Below, in pieces: positions 9,465-20,607 of a DNA stretch of 64,000 nucleotides. Source of the stretch: Myxococcota bacterium (GTDB taxonomy: Bacteria > Myxococcota_A > UBA9042 > PHBI01 > JAWLBL01). The notes under the pieces were generated by a model. It saw only the letters and a program-made list of their open reading frames with translations, did no database searches and was not told the DNA's origin. The stretch spans positions 160,001-224,000 of the forward strand of contig JAWLBL010000006.1 in the NCBI GenBank assembly GCA_041687695.1, written 5' to 3'. Each line of letters begins with the position of its first letter. Position 1 is the stretch's first letter. A program made the translations under genes and the position numbers.

Positions 9465-11441
9465 ATGGACACGCGCAGGGGCACAGGGAGCTGTAGCAGG
9501 GCCGTGGGCCTGGGGATCGCGGCGTTCGCGATGCTCGGCGTCGCGGGCGGCTGCTTGACGCCGGACAAGGCCGGCATGGGCGAGGACGACGCGAAGGGGA
9601 CGATCGACGCCAGCGACGACACGGGCGGCAAGGTCGACGTGTCGGGCGGCGGAGATGACGTGACCCCGGGGGCGTGCATCACCGCCAGCGATTGCAAAGG
9701 GCTGGCGCACCCCGACTGCGAGGGCACCTGGGCCTGCGAGGCGGCCGCGTGTGTCTGGCACTGCGACGTGACGCCCACGACCTGCGTGAGCGACGACGAC
9801 TGCGTGGAAGGCGCCCAGTGCGTCGAGGGCGAGTGCCAGCCGGTGAGCCCGCCGCAGTGCGGGCCCGGCGCCGAGTGCCCGCCCAACGCGGTGTGCGAGG
9901 ACGGCGTGTGCGTCGAGGTGACGCCCAGCGGCTGCCAGAGCGACGCCGACTGCCAGGAAGGCTACCTGTGCGAGCTCGCGCCGTGCGCCGCGCCGTGCGA
10001 CTGCGGGCCGAGCGACTCCGACTGCGCGTGTGAGCCGTGCCTGGGCGCCGGCACCTGCGTGGCCAAGCAGCCGCCGGTCGGCGAGTGCACCTACGACGAC
10101 CAGTGCGGGCCGGGCGAGCGCTGCAACGCGGCCGAGGTCTGCCTGCCGGGGCCGGGCTCTGGCGGCGGCGGCGGCGGGGCCGAGATGCCCGCGATCTGCT
10201 GGGGCGAGTGCGTGCCGGACACGAACGAGCCCGAGTGCTACGTCAGCTCCGACTGCGGCGTCGGCTACCTCTGCGACACGAGCTGCGGGGGAGACGGCCA
10301 GAAGATGATCCCGCCGTCCGACGGCGGCGACGGCATCGTGGCCTGCCCGGGCCAGTGCGTCCCCGACCCGAACGCGAACACCTGCTCGTCGGACTTCGAC
10401 TGCAAGGAAGGCTACACGTGCGCCTGGGTGTCGTGCTTCGCCATGCCGGGCGAGGACCCGGCGCCGCCGCCGTGCCCCGGGATGTGCGTGCCCGCGCAGC
10501 CGACCGGCGAGTGCACGAGCGACCTCGAGTGCGGGCCGGACCAGTTCTGCGCGTTTTACGCGTGCACCGACTGCGCCTGCCCGGACAACGAGCCCTGCGA
10601 CTGCGAGGCCGGCTGCTGGGGCTACTGCAAGGCCAAGGACCCCGTCGTGGTGTGCCTCGAGGACGGGGACTGCCCCAAGGGCAGCAGCTGCCAGTGCGTC
10701 TACGACCCCACCTGCGTCGAGTGCGACGGCTGCCTGAACCAGTGCGTCCCGGACGCGCCGATGGGCTGCACGTCCGACGACCAGTGCGCCGACGGCGAGA
10801 TCTGCGTCATCGGCCTGTGCCCGCCATGCCTGCCGGACGAGCCGTGCCCGCCGTGCACGGGCTCCTGCCAGCCGGACTGGAGCGGCGGCCAGTGCAACAC
10901 CGACGCGGACTGCGCCGAAGGCAGCAGCTGCCAGTGCATGCCCGACCCGAACTGCCCGGCGTGCGCGGTGTGTGTCTTCCAGTGCGTGCCCGACGCCCCG
11001 CAGGGCTGCACGTCGGACGCCGAGTGCGGCGACGGCGCCTTCTGCGACATGAGCGCCTGCGGCGCCTGGTTCATCCCGTGCGACCCGGCGACCGGCTGCG
11101 GCGGCTGCGAGGGCGTGTGCACGCCCAAGGAGACGCCGAAGGCGTGCACCTGGAACGGCGAGTGCGCGCCCGGACAGAAGTGCGAGTTCACCGAGCCGTG
11201 CACGGACGACGGGATCTGCCACGGGCAGTGCGTCGACACGCAGCCGGGCGAGTGCGTGGTGTCGGGCTGCTCCGGTGAGATCTGCGCGGCCGAGGCGATG
11301 GACTCGCCGTGCGTCTATCAGGCCTGGTACGAGTGCCTGCAGTACGCCCAGTGCGGCACCACGGCCGACGGCAGCTGCGGCTGGGTCGGCGACGAGCTGT
11401 TCGAGCAGTGCATGATCGAGAAGAAGGGCGGTGCCTTCTGA
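9465..11441 (+). CDS. Secreted cysteine-rich repeat (lipo)protein with C-terminal eight-cysteine-cluster-like domain
   Basis: Hydrophobic signal ending AGGC; repeated C-x-x-D-x-D/E-C modules; C-terminal CVVSGCSGEIC...C.Y..WYEC...C....G.CGW; GGAGG RBS. Confidence 0.8.
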   Translation: MDTRRGTGSCSRAVGLGIAAFAMLGVAGGCLTPDKAGMGEDDAKGTIDASDDTGGKVDVSGGGDDVTPGACITASDCKGLAHPDCEGTWACEAAACVWHCDVTPTTCVSDDDCVEGAQCVEGECQPVSPPQCGPGAECPPNAVCEDGVCVEVTPSGCQSDADCQEGYLCELAPCAAPCDCGPSDSDCACEPCLGAGTCVAKQPPVGECTYDDQCGPGERCNAAEVCLPGPGSGGGGGGAEMPAICWGECVPDTNEPECYVSSDCGVGYLCDTSCGGDGQKMIPPSDGGDGIVACPGQCVPDPNANTCSSDFDCKEGYTCAWVSCFAMPGEDPAPPPCPGMCVPAQPTGECTSDLECGPDQFCAFYACTDCACPDNEPCDCEAGCWGYCKAKDPVVVCLEDGDCPKGSSCQCVYDPTCVECDGCLNQCVPDAPMGCTSDDQCADGEICVIGLCPPCLPDEPCPPCTGSCQPDWSGGQCNTDADCAEGSSCQCMPDPNCPACAVCVFQCVPDAPQGCTSDAECGDGAFCDMSACGAWFIPCDPATGCGGCEGVCTPKETPKACTWNGECAPGQKCEFTEPCTDDGICHGQCVDTQPGECVVSGCSGEICAAEAMDSPCVYQAWYECLQYAQCGTTADGSCGWVGDELFEQCMIEKKGGAF

Positions 11442-11557
11442 GGCGGTGACCCGGGTAGCACGTCGGGGGCGTTCGGTTTCGGCCGGGCGCCCTCGGCGTT
11501 TCGAAGGCCGCGCCGGCCCCATGGACGGGCGGCGGGGCGGCGCGGTATCACTGGTCC

Positions 11558-13384
11558 ATGCGCATCCATCGCTGGTCGCTCCTCATCGCCGGCCTGTGGC
11601 TCCTCGCCGCGTGCGGCGACCCCGGCAGCCCGTCCCAGGTCCACGACACCGGGGCCGACGTCACGGCCGACGCCGAGGCCGACACGGCCCCGGATCCGGA
11701 CACGGCCACCGACACGGCCACGGACCCGGACACGGCCTCGAACACGGACACGGCCACCGATACGGCCACCGACGCGGACACGGCCCCGGACACGGCCCCC
11801 GACACGGCCCCCGACACGGCCACCGACACGGCCACCGACACGGCCACGGCCACGGACTCGGCCACGGCCACGGACTCGGCCACCGATACGGCCACGGCCC
11901 CGGACACGGCCCCGGACACGGCCACCGACCCCGACACCGGCCCCGTCCCCGATCCCTTCGCCTGCCCAGCCCCTCCGGCCGACCTCCCGACCCCTGCCAT
12001 CACCGGCTCCGGCCGCTGGCGCTTCATCGCCCCGCTCTCCGTCCCCGGCCTGCACCCGCGCGGCGCCCGCGTCTACCTGCCCGCCGGCTACGACGCCGAC
12101 CCCGACGCCCGCTACCCCGTCCTGTACCTGCACGACGGCCAGAACCTCTTCCACGGCGCCGACGCGGCGTTCGGCGTCGCCTGGGAGGTCGACGAGGCCC
12201 TGGACGCCCTGACCGCCGCCGGCCTGGTCGAGCCCACCATCGTGGTCGGCGTCGACAACACCCCCGAGCGCATCGACGACTACACCCCGACCTGGGCCGC
12301 CAACTACCAACAGGGCGGCAAGGCCCCGCTGTACGCCGAGCTCCTGCTGGACGTCTTGAAGCCCGTCGTCGACGCCCACTTCCGCACCCAGTGCGGTCCC
12401 TCGCGCACGGCCCTGGGCGGCTCCAGCCTGGGCGGCCTGGTCAGCCTGTTCATCGCCCTCGAGCACCCCGGCGTCTTCGGCCGCGTCGCCGCCGTCTCGC
12501 CGTCCCTGTGGTGGGACGATCAGTGGATGCTGAAGGCCTTCGACGCCTACGAGGGCCCCTTGCCCGAGCGGCTGTGGCTGGACGCCGGCCTGGACGAGGC
12601 CAAGCCCGCCATCGCCGGCGTCCCCGGCGTCGCCGCCCTGGCCCGCGTCGCCCGCGACCGCGCGCTGGCCCTCGGGATGACCATGGGCGACGCGCTGGGC
12701 TACCTCGAGGATCCCGGCGCCGCGCACAACGAGGCCGCCTGGCAGGGGCGCCTGCCGGCCATCCTGGCCTTCCTGCTGGGCGACGCCCGCCCGGCGGACG
12801 TCCCCGCGACCAGCCTGCACCTGCACGTCCTGGGCAGCTTCCTGGCGCTGGACCCCGGACCCCAAACGACCAGCGTCTCGATCGAGGCGCGCCACGGGGA
12901 CATCCTGCGGCTGACGTGGCCACACCCGACCTTCGAGATGACCAGCACCAAGCCCGAGGTGGCGACCCTGGCCGCCGACGGCACGCTGACGGCGCAGGCG
13001 GTCGGCACCGCGCCCCTCGAGGCCGTGGGGTTGGGCCTCGTCGCCACGAACGACGTCGAGGTCCGCGCCGAAGACCACGTGAAGGTGACCTTCCTGGTCA
13101 CGGTGCCCTGGTGGACGCCCCTCGAGGACACCATCCACGTCTCGGGCAACCACCCGTCGCTGGGCGACTGGGACGGCGTCGGGCTGGCGCTGACGCCGAC
13201 CGGCGGCAACGCTTGGATGGGCAGCGTGTTGGTCCCGTGGGGGTACGATCTGGCCTACAAGGTGACCCGCGGCAGCTGGGCCACGGTCGAAAAGGGCGAG
13301 AGCGGCGAGGAGCTGGCCAACCGGACGGTGTGGGCCGGCGACGATCTCGCCCTGGACGTGGTGGTGCTCGGCTGGGCGCCGTGA
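11558..13384 (+). CDS. Lipoprotein: D/T/A linker, alpha/beta-hydrolase esterase, Ig-like segment, CBM20-like domain
   Basis: LLAAC lipobox; VYLPAGY...YPVLYLHDGQNLF, GGSSLGG, AHNEAAW; STKPEVATLAADGTLTA; TIHVSGNHPSLGDW...YKVTRGSWATVEK. Confidence 0.85.
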   Translation: MRIHRWSLLIAGLWLLAACGDPGSPSQVHDTGADVTADAEADTAPDPDTATDTATDPDTASNTDTATDTATDADTAPDTAPDTAPDTATDTATDTATATDSATATDSATDTATAPDTAPDTATDPDTGPVPDPFACPAPPADLPTPAITGSGRWRFIAPLSVPGLHPRGARVYLPAGYDADPDARYPVLYLHDGQNLFHGADAAFGVAWEVDEALDALTAAGLVEPTIVVGVDNTPERIDDYTPTWAANYQQGGKAPLYAELLLDVLKPVVDAHFRTQCGPSRTALGGSSLGGLVSLFIALEHPGVFGRVAAVSPSLWWDDQWMLKAFDAYEGPLPERLWLDAGLDEAKPAIAGVPGVAALARVARDRALALGMTMGDALGYLEDPGAAHNEAAWQGRLPAILAFLLGDARPADVPATSLHLHVLGSFLALDPGPQTTSVSIEARHGDILRLTWPHPTFEMTSTKPEVATLAADGTLTAQAVGTAPLEAVGLGLVATNDVEVRAEDHVKVTFLVTVPWWTPLEDTIHVSGNHPSLGDWDGVGLALTPTGGNAWMGSVLVPWGYDLAYKVTRGSWATVEKGESGEELANRTVWAGDDLALDVVVLGWAP

Positions 13385-13489
13385 GGCGGAAGGGTGCGCC
13401 CCGCCCGGGTGTTCGGAACCTGTGACGGCCGGAGGCTCGGCCGCGCCTCGGGCGAGGCGCGGGGAGGCTCGGCGAAAGGCTCGACAAGC

Positions 13490-14065
13490 ATGTATCGGCT
13501 GTTCGTCGCGATCGATCTGCCCGAAGACGTCAAGGAGGGGCTCGCCTGGATGACCGGCGGCATGCCTGGCGCCCGGTGGATCGCGGAAGAGGACTTCCAC
13601 CTGACCTTGCGCTTCATCGGCGAGGTGGACGGCGGCGTGTTCGACGACCTGTCGAACGCCTTCGAGTCCATCCGAGAGGAGGGCTTCGAGCTTCAGCTCA
13701 AGGGGCTGGGGCACTTCCCGCCGCGGCGCGAGCCCAAGGTCCTGTGGGCTGGCGTCGAGCCGTCGCCGCAGTTGCAGCGGCTGCGTGACGCGGTCGATCG
13801 CATCTGCACGCGCTACGGCGTCGAGCGGGACCCGCGCAAGTTCCACCCGCACGTGACGCTGGCCAGGCTGAGCGGGGCCTCGATCGGCCGCGTGACGCAG
13901 TTCCTGGCCGACAACGCCATGTACCGCAGCCGCACCTTCCCGGTGACCGAGTTCCACCTGTACTCGAGCACGCTGCACCCGGCCGGCGCCACGCACCACC
14001 GCGAGCACAGCTACCCGCTCATCACGCCGCCCGAGCTGATGTACGCCGAGAGCGAGCCCGGCTGA
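13490..14065 (+). CDS. thpR: RNA 2',3'-cyclic phosphodiesterase (2H phosphoesterase)
   Basis: RLFVAI start, HLTLRFIG and FHPHVTLAR (two HxT motifs). Confidence 0.92.
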   Translation: MYRLFVAIDLPEDVKEGLAWMTGGMPGARWIAEEDFHLTLRFIGEVDGGVFDDLSNAFESIREEGFELQLKGLGHFPPRREPKVLWAGVEPSPQLQRLRDAVDRICTRYGVERDPRKFHPHVTLARLSGASIGRVTQFLADNAMYRSRTFPVTEFHLYSSTLHPAGATHHREHSYPLITPPELMYAESEPG

Positions 14066-14093
14066 CGGTCAGCGGGTCGCGTCGGCACGCGCT

Positions 14094-14651
14094 TCAGCGG
14101 CCGCGCGGCGGCGGGGCGGTCCTGGGCGTCTCGCCCCGCGGCGGGCCGGGCCGCGCCGGGTTCGCCGCGCCCATCGGCCTCCAGGCCTGGTACTTGGCCG
14201 CCGACTCGGGGCCCGCGAAGACCTGCAGCCCGACCAGCGGCGCGTCCCCGTTCTGGACGCTGACCTGGGCGTTGGCCGGCATGTAGATGGTCGTGCCCGG
14301 GCCGACGTCGTGGGTCTGGCCGTCGATGGTCATGCGCGCGGTGCCCTCGAGCACGTGGATGAGCTCCTCGCTGGCGTCGCGGTGCTCGGGGACCGCCGCT
14401 CCCGCCTCGAGGCGCAGCAGCCCCAAGAAAGCGTTGCGGCCGCTGGGCAGCATCCGCACGGTGGCCTGGCCGTTCGGGGCCACCCGCAGCGCGGTCGCCT
14501 CGATCGGCAGCACGAGGGCGGTCGGCGGGGCGGGGGCCGTGGCGGCTGGTGGCGCCTCGGCCGGCTGGGCGAGGCTGGTCGCGCTGAGGGCCACGGCGAC
14601 GCCGAGGCCGAAGGTGAGGCAGGGGAGGGCGACGCGACCGAGCAGGTTCAT
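14094..14651 (-). CDS. Secreted cupin-domain protein
   Basis: Signal peptide; VPEHRDASEELIHVLEG and GPGTTIYMPAN cupin motifs. Confidence 0.8.
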   Translation of the reverse strand: MNLLGRVALPCLTFGLGVAVALSATSLAQPAEAPPAATAPAPPTALVLPIEATALRVAPNGQATVRMLPSGRNAFLGLLRLEAGAAVPEHRDASEELIHVLEGTARMTIDGQTHDVGPGTTIYMPANAQVSVQNGDAPLVGLQVFAGPESAAKYQAWRPMGAANPARPGPPRGETPRTAPPPRGR

Positions 14652-14665
14652 CGAGGGGCTCCGGG

Positions 14666-15280
14666 TCAGGAGTCGGGGTCGTTCAGGCGGTCGGCCAGCG
14701 CGCGCAGGGCCTCGCCACCGCGGACGGCGATGGGCCAGCCGTCGCCGACCAGCACGTGCCGGATCTCGTCGAGGCCGGCCAGCCGACGGATCGAACGGAC
14801 GGCGGCGGCGCGATCTTTCAGCATCGCCTCAGGCAGCATCGTCAGCTCGCCCAGCCGCGGCGCGCGCACCAGATCGCCGGTGATGAGCGTGGCCGGCTCG
14901 AGCCGCAGCGCCAGCTCGCCCGGCGTCTTCGAGCCGTCGAGCGCCAGCGCGGTCAGCCCCGGCACGACCTCGTCGCCGTCGGCCAGCCACCGGTGGCAGG
15001 CGACGGGGAAGGCCTCGCGCTCGCTCGCCGGGCCGGCGATCCGGGCGCCCGTGCGAGCCGCGAGGGCCTTGGCGTCGCGCACGTGGTCCGACGTCGTCAC
15101 CACGATCCACGCCAGCCCACCCAGCACGTCCAGGTGCGTCGCGTCGTGCGCCGACATCGGCAGCGGGTCGACGGCGACGTTGCCGCCGGGGCGGACCCAC
15201 AGCAGGCTGTTGAAGTCGAGGTTGCGCGGCTCATCGAAGGTCGACCAGGCGAACAGGTCGGGGCGGTGCAGGCTCTTCAT
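14666..15280 (-). CDS. MBL-fold protein with degenerate metal motif
   Basis: VAVDP, IVVTTSDHVRD, KTPGE, LITGD, VLVGDG. Confidence 0.75.
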   Translation of the reverse strand: MKSLHRPDLFAWSTFDEPRNLDFNSLLWVRPGGNVAVDPLPMSAHDATHLDVLGGLAWIVVTTSDHVRDAKALAARTGARIAGPASEREAFPVACHRWLADGDEVVPGLTALALDGSKTPGELALRLEPATLITGDLVRAPRLGELTMLPEAMLKDRAAAVRSIRRLAGLDEIRHVLVGDGWPIAVRGGEALRALADRLNDPDS

Positions 15281-15313
15281 GGCGGCGAGCCTAACCGACC
15301 GGCGCGCGCGCCG

Positions 15314-16243
15314 TCACCCCTTCGCGTGCGTCGCTGCGGACTGCCTGGCGGCGACCTCGAGCGCCCAGCCGTGGCGCAGGCCGCGGTCGCTGACGACGAC
15401 CTCGGGCGCGCCCAGCCAGCGGACCACCTCGGCCAGGATGAGCGTGCCGGCCAGCACGATGTCGGCCCGTCCGGCCAGCAGCGGCGGCGCCAAAGCCAGC
15501 GTCTGCGCGTCGGTCAGGCCGGCGAGTCGGTCGACCCAGGCGTCGACGCGCGCCGCGGGCAGGACGCGGTCGTCGACGGCGCCGGGGGCGCGCTGGGTCA
15601 GGCCGGCCTCGAGCGCGGCGACGGTGGTGGGCGTGCCGGCGACCGCGATGAGCGGCCCGGGCGCGGCGGGCCGGGCGGGCAGGGCGCCGGCGATCGCGCG
15701 TCGGGCGGACTCGAGCGCGGCCGGGGAGGGCGGCCGCCGCGTCAGGTGGCGCTCGGTGAACCGGACGCAGCCGACGTCCACGCTGAGGGCGCCCGCCAGA
15801 CCCGCCGGCGTGCCCCAGGCCAGCTCGGTGCTGCCGCCGCCGATGTCCAGCATCGTCGCGGCCGGTCGCTGGGCGAAGCCGGTCATCACGCCGCGGAAGG
15901 TGAAGGTGGCCTCCTCGACGCCGGACAGGACGGTCACCGGCGCGCCCGCGACCTCGGAGAGCCGCGCGGCCACCTCGGCGCGGTTGGCCGCGTCGCGCAT
16001 GGCGCTGGTGGCCGCGACGGCGAGCGCCTCGACCCCGAAGCGGCGCGCCGTCCGGCGGTAGTCGGCCAGCGCCTCGGCGACGCGCGAGATCGCCTCGGGG
16101 CCGATGCGGCCCGCCGCGTCGACGCCCCGGCCCAGGCGCGGGCAGCGCTCCTCGTCGTGCAGGACGTGGAGGCGACCGTCGGCGGCCTCGGCGACGAGCA
16201 GCAGGGCGGTGTTGGTGCCGAGGTCGACGGTGGCGACGCGCAT
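15314..16243 (-). CDS. Ppx/GppA family phosphatase (short form)
   Basis: VDLGTNT, RLGRG, ATSAMRDAAN, LSGVEEA, DIGGGSTE, GRADI, GLRHG. Confidence 0.9.
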   Translation of the reverse strand: MRVATVDLGTNTALLLVAEAADGRLHVLHDEERCPRLGRGVDAAGRIGPEAISRVAEALADYRRTARRFGVEALAVAATSAMRDAANRAEVAARLSEVAGAPVTVLSGVEEATFTFRGVMTGFAQRPAATMLDIGGGSTELAWGTPAGLAGALSVDVGCVRFTERHLTRRPPSPAALESARRAIAGALPARPAAPGPLIAVAGTPTTVAALEAGLTQRAPGAVDDRVLPAARVDAWVDRLAGLTDAQTLALAPPLLAGRADIVLAGTLILAEVVRWLGAPEVVVSDRGLRHGWALEVAARQSAATHAKG

Positions 16244-16261
16244 GCGGTAGATCCCGGAGCC

Positions 16262-16753
16262 ATGAAGAGCGAGCGCGCGACCAGGATAGCCCTCATCGGC
16301 CCGCGGGTCGCCAGCGAAGCGGTGCTGGCGGCGGCCGAGGCGGTCGGCGCGGGGGTGGCGCGGCGGGGCGGGATCCTGATCTGCGGCGGGCGGGGCGGCG
16401 CGATGGAGGCGGCCTGTCGTGGGGCCAAGGCCGCGGGCGGGCTGACCATTGGCGTCCTGCCGGGGCCGGACGACGGCGACGCGAACCCGTGGGTCGACGT
16501 GCCGATCGTCACGGGCGTGGGAGAGGCGCGCAACGCCATCGTCGCGCGCACGGCGCAGGCGGTCATCGCCGTCGGCGGCGCCTACGGGACGCTCAGCGAG
16601 ATCGCGCTGGCCCTGTGCTTCGGCGTCCCGGTGGTCGGGTTGGGCACCTGGACGGTGGCCCCCGGGGACGCGCCGGACGCGCCGGACCCCATCGTGCGCG
16701 CGGGCGACCCCGACGAGGCCGTCGAGGCCGCCTTCCGGCTGGCCGGGCGCTGA
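16262..16753 (+). CDS. TIGR00725-type Rossmann-fold (LOG/DprA superfamily) protein
   Basis: CGGRGGAMEAACRGA, TGVGEARN, GGAYGTLSEI. Confidence 0.88.
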   Translation: MKSERATRIALIGPRVASEAVLAAAEAVGAGVARRGGILICGGRGGAMEAACRGAKAAGGLTIGVLPGPDDGDANPWVDVPIVTGVGEARNAIVARTAQAVIAVGGAYGTLSEIALALCFGVPVVGLGTWTVAPGDAPDAPDPIVRAGDPDEAVEAAFRLAGR

Positions 16754-16756
16754 CGA

Positions 16757-18727
<1,971 letters not shown>

Positions 18728-18900
18728 CGCGGGTCTCCTCCACAGTCGGTGGCGCGGCAGGCAGGTTGAGGCTTGGGTGACCGAACGCTAGCCCCTCCCG
18801 GGCCTGCCTGGCAATCCGCGGCCCACGGCGGCGCGACACCCGGTTGCCAAGCACCGCCGGCCGTGGTCTCGTCCGGGCCTCCCCGCACCGCGAGCCCGCC

Positions 18901-20607
18901 ATGACCAAGAGCGTCTACGACCTGCTCCCGATGAAGGCCCCGCGCGCCGCCGGCGCCGCGCTGCACGCCCTGACGCGCCTCGCCGAGAACCCGGTGACCC
19001 GCGCCATGCTGTCCAAGACCCTGCTCGAGGGCGCCGGCGTCCTCGGCCTGCGCCAGGTCCCCGCCGACGAGCCGCTCGAGGCGATGCACCCCTTCCTGCA
19101 CGTGCGCGGCGAGGCCCCGACCGAGCCCTGGGCCCCGTCGGCCGACGCCCTGGCCGACGCCGCCCGCCCCGAGCGCTTCGCCGCCCCCGGCCACGCCTTC
19201 GAGACCGCCGCCGACTTCGCCGCCGCCTACCGCGACGGCCGCCTGACGCCCATCGACGTCGCCGAGCGCGTCCTCGCCGCCACGGCCGCCACCGAGGCTC
19301 ACGCCCCGCCGCTGCGCATCTTCATCGCCCAGGACGCCGAAGACCTGCGCGTCCAGGCCCGCGCCTCCGCCCAGCGCTGGGCCGAGGGCCGCCCGCTCGG
19401 CCCGCTCGACGGCGTCCCCGTCGCCGTCAAGGACGAGCTCGACCAGACGCCGTACCCGACCACCGTCGGCACCCGCTTCCTCGGCCACACCCCGGCCGCC
19501 GCCGACGCCGACGTGGTCCGCCGCCTGCGCGCCGCCGGCGCCCTGCTCGTCGGCAAGACCAACATGCACGAGATGGGCCTGGGCGTGACCGGCCTCAACC
19601 CGCACCACGGCGCCGCCCGCAACCCCTACGATCCGGCCCGCGCCACCGGCGGCTCCTCCAGTGGCCCCGCCGCGGCCGTCGCCGCCGGCCTGTGCCCCAT
19701 CGCCGTGGGCGCCGACGGCGGCGGCTCCATCCGCATCCCGGCCGCCCTGTGCGGCATCGTCGGCCTCAAGGCCACCTACGGCCGCATCAGCGAGCGCGGC
19801 GCCGCCCCGCTGTGCTGGAGCGTCGCCCACGTCGGCCCCATGGCGGCCACCGTCGCCGACACGGCGCTCGGCTACCTGCTGATGGCCGGCGCCGACCCCG
19901 GCGACCCCAACACCCTGCACCAGCCGGCCCCCGACCTCGATCGCTTCGACGACGGCGATCTGAAGGGCCTGCGCGTCGGCCTCTTCCAGCCCTGGTTCGA
20001 GGACGCCGACCCCGAGATCGTCGCCGCCTGCCGTCAGGCCGTCGCCGCCCTCGAGGCCGCCGGCGCGACCGTCCACGACGTGACCGTCCCCGAGCTGGGG
20101 CTGCTCCGCGCCGTCCACCTGGTCACCATCGTCAGCGAGATGGCCGCCGCGCACCTGCACCACTACGCCCACAAGCGCAGCGACTACGGCCTCGACACGC
20201 GCCTCAACCTGGTGCTGGCCCGCAGCCTCGGCGCCTACGACTACGTCCACGCCCAGCGCCACCGCGCGCGCCTGTACCAGCACTTCATGCGCGTGCTGGC
20301 CGACGTCGACGTCATCGCCACCCCGGCGACCGCCTGCACCGCGCCGCTGCTGCCCAAGGACGCGCTGTCGACCGGCGAGAGCAACCTCGCCATGACCGAC
20401 CGCATCATGCGCTTCGCCCCCGCGGGCAACCTGACCGGCCTGCCGGCCCTGTCCCAGCCGGTCGGCTACGACGCGGCCGGCCTGCCCATCGGCCTGCAGC
20501 TGATGGGCCGCCCGTGGGACGAGGCCCTGCTCCTACGCCTCGGCCGCGTCGTCGAGCAGACCGTCGCGCGCCGCGCCCCGCGGGTCCATCACCGCCTGCT
20601 GGGCTGA
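18901..20607 (+). CDS. Amidase signature family (fatty-acid amide hydrolase-like)
   Basis: GVPVAVKD, GGSSSG, GADGGGSIRIPAALCG. Confidence 0.92.
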   Translation: MTKSVYDLLPMKAPRAAGAALHALTRLAENPVTRAMLSKTLLEGAGVLGLRQVPADEPLEAMHPFLHVRGEAPTEPWAPSADALADAARPERFAAPGHAFETAADFAAAYRDGRLTPIDVAERVLAATAATEAHAPPLRIFIAQDAEDLRVQARASAQRWAEGRPLGPLDGVPVAVKDELDQTPYPTTVGTRFLGHTPAAADADVVRRLRAAGALLVGKTNMHEMGLGVTGLNPHHGAARNPYDPARATGGSSSGPAAAVAAGLCPIAVGADGGGSIRIPAALCGIVGLKATYGRISERGAAPLCWSVAHVGPMAATVADTALGYLLMAGADPGDPNTLHQPAPDLDRFDDGDLKGLRVGLFQPWFEDADPEIVAACRQAVAALEAAGATVHDVTVPELGLLRAVHLVTIVSEMAAAHLHHYAHKRSDYGLDTRLNLVLARSLGAYDYVHAQRHRARLYQHFMRVLADVDVIATPATACTAPLLPKDALSTGESNLAMTDRIMRFAPAGNLTGLPALSQPVGYDAAGLPIGLQLMGRPWDEALLLRLGRVVEQTVARRAPRVHHRLLG

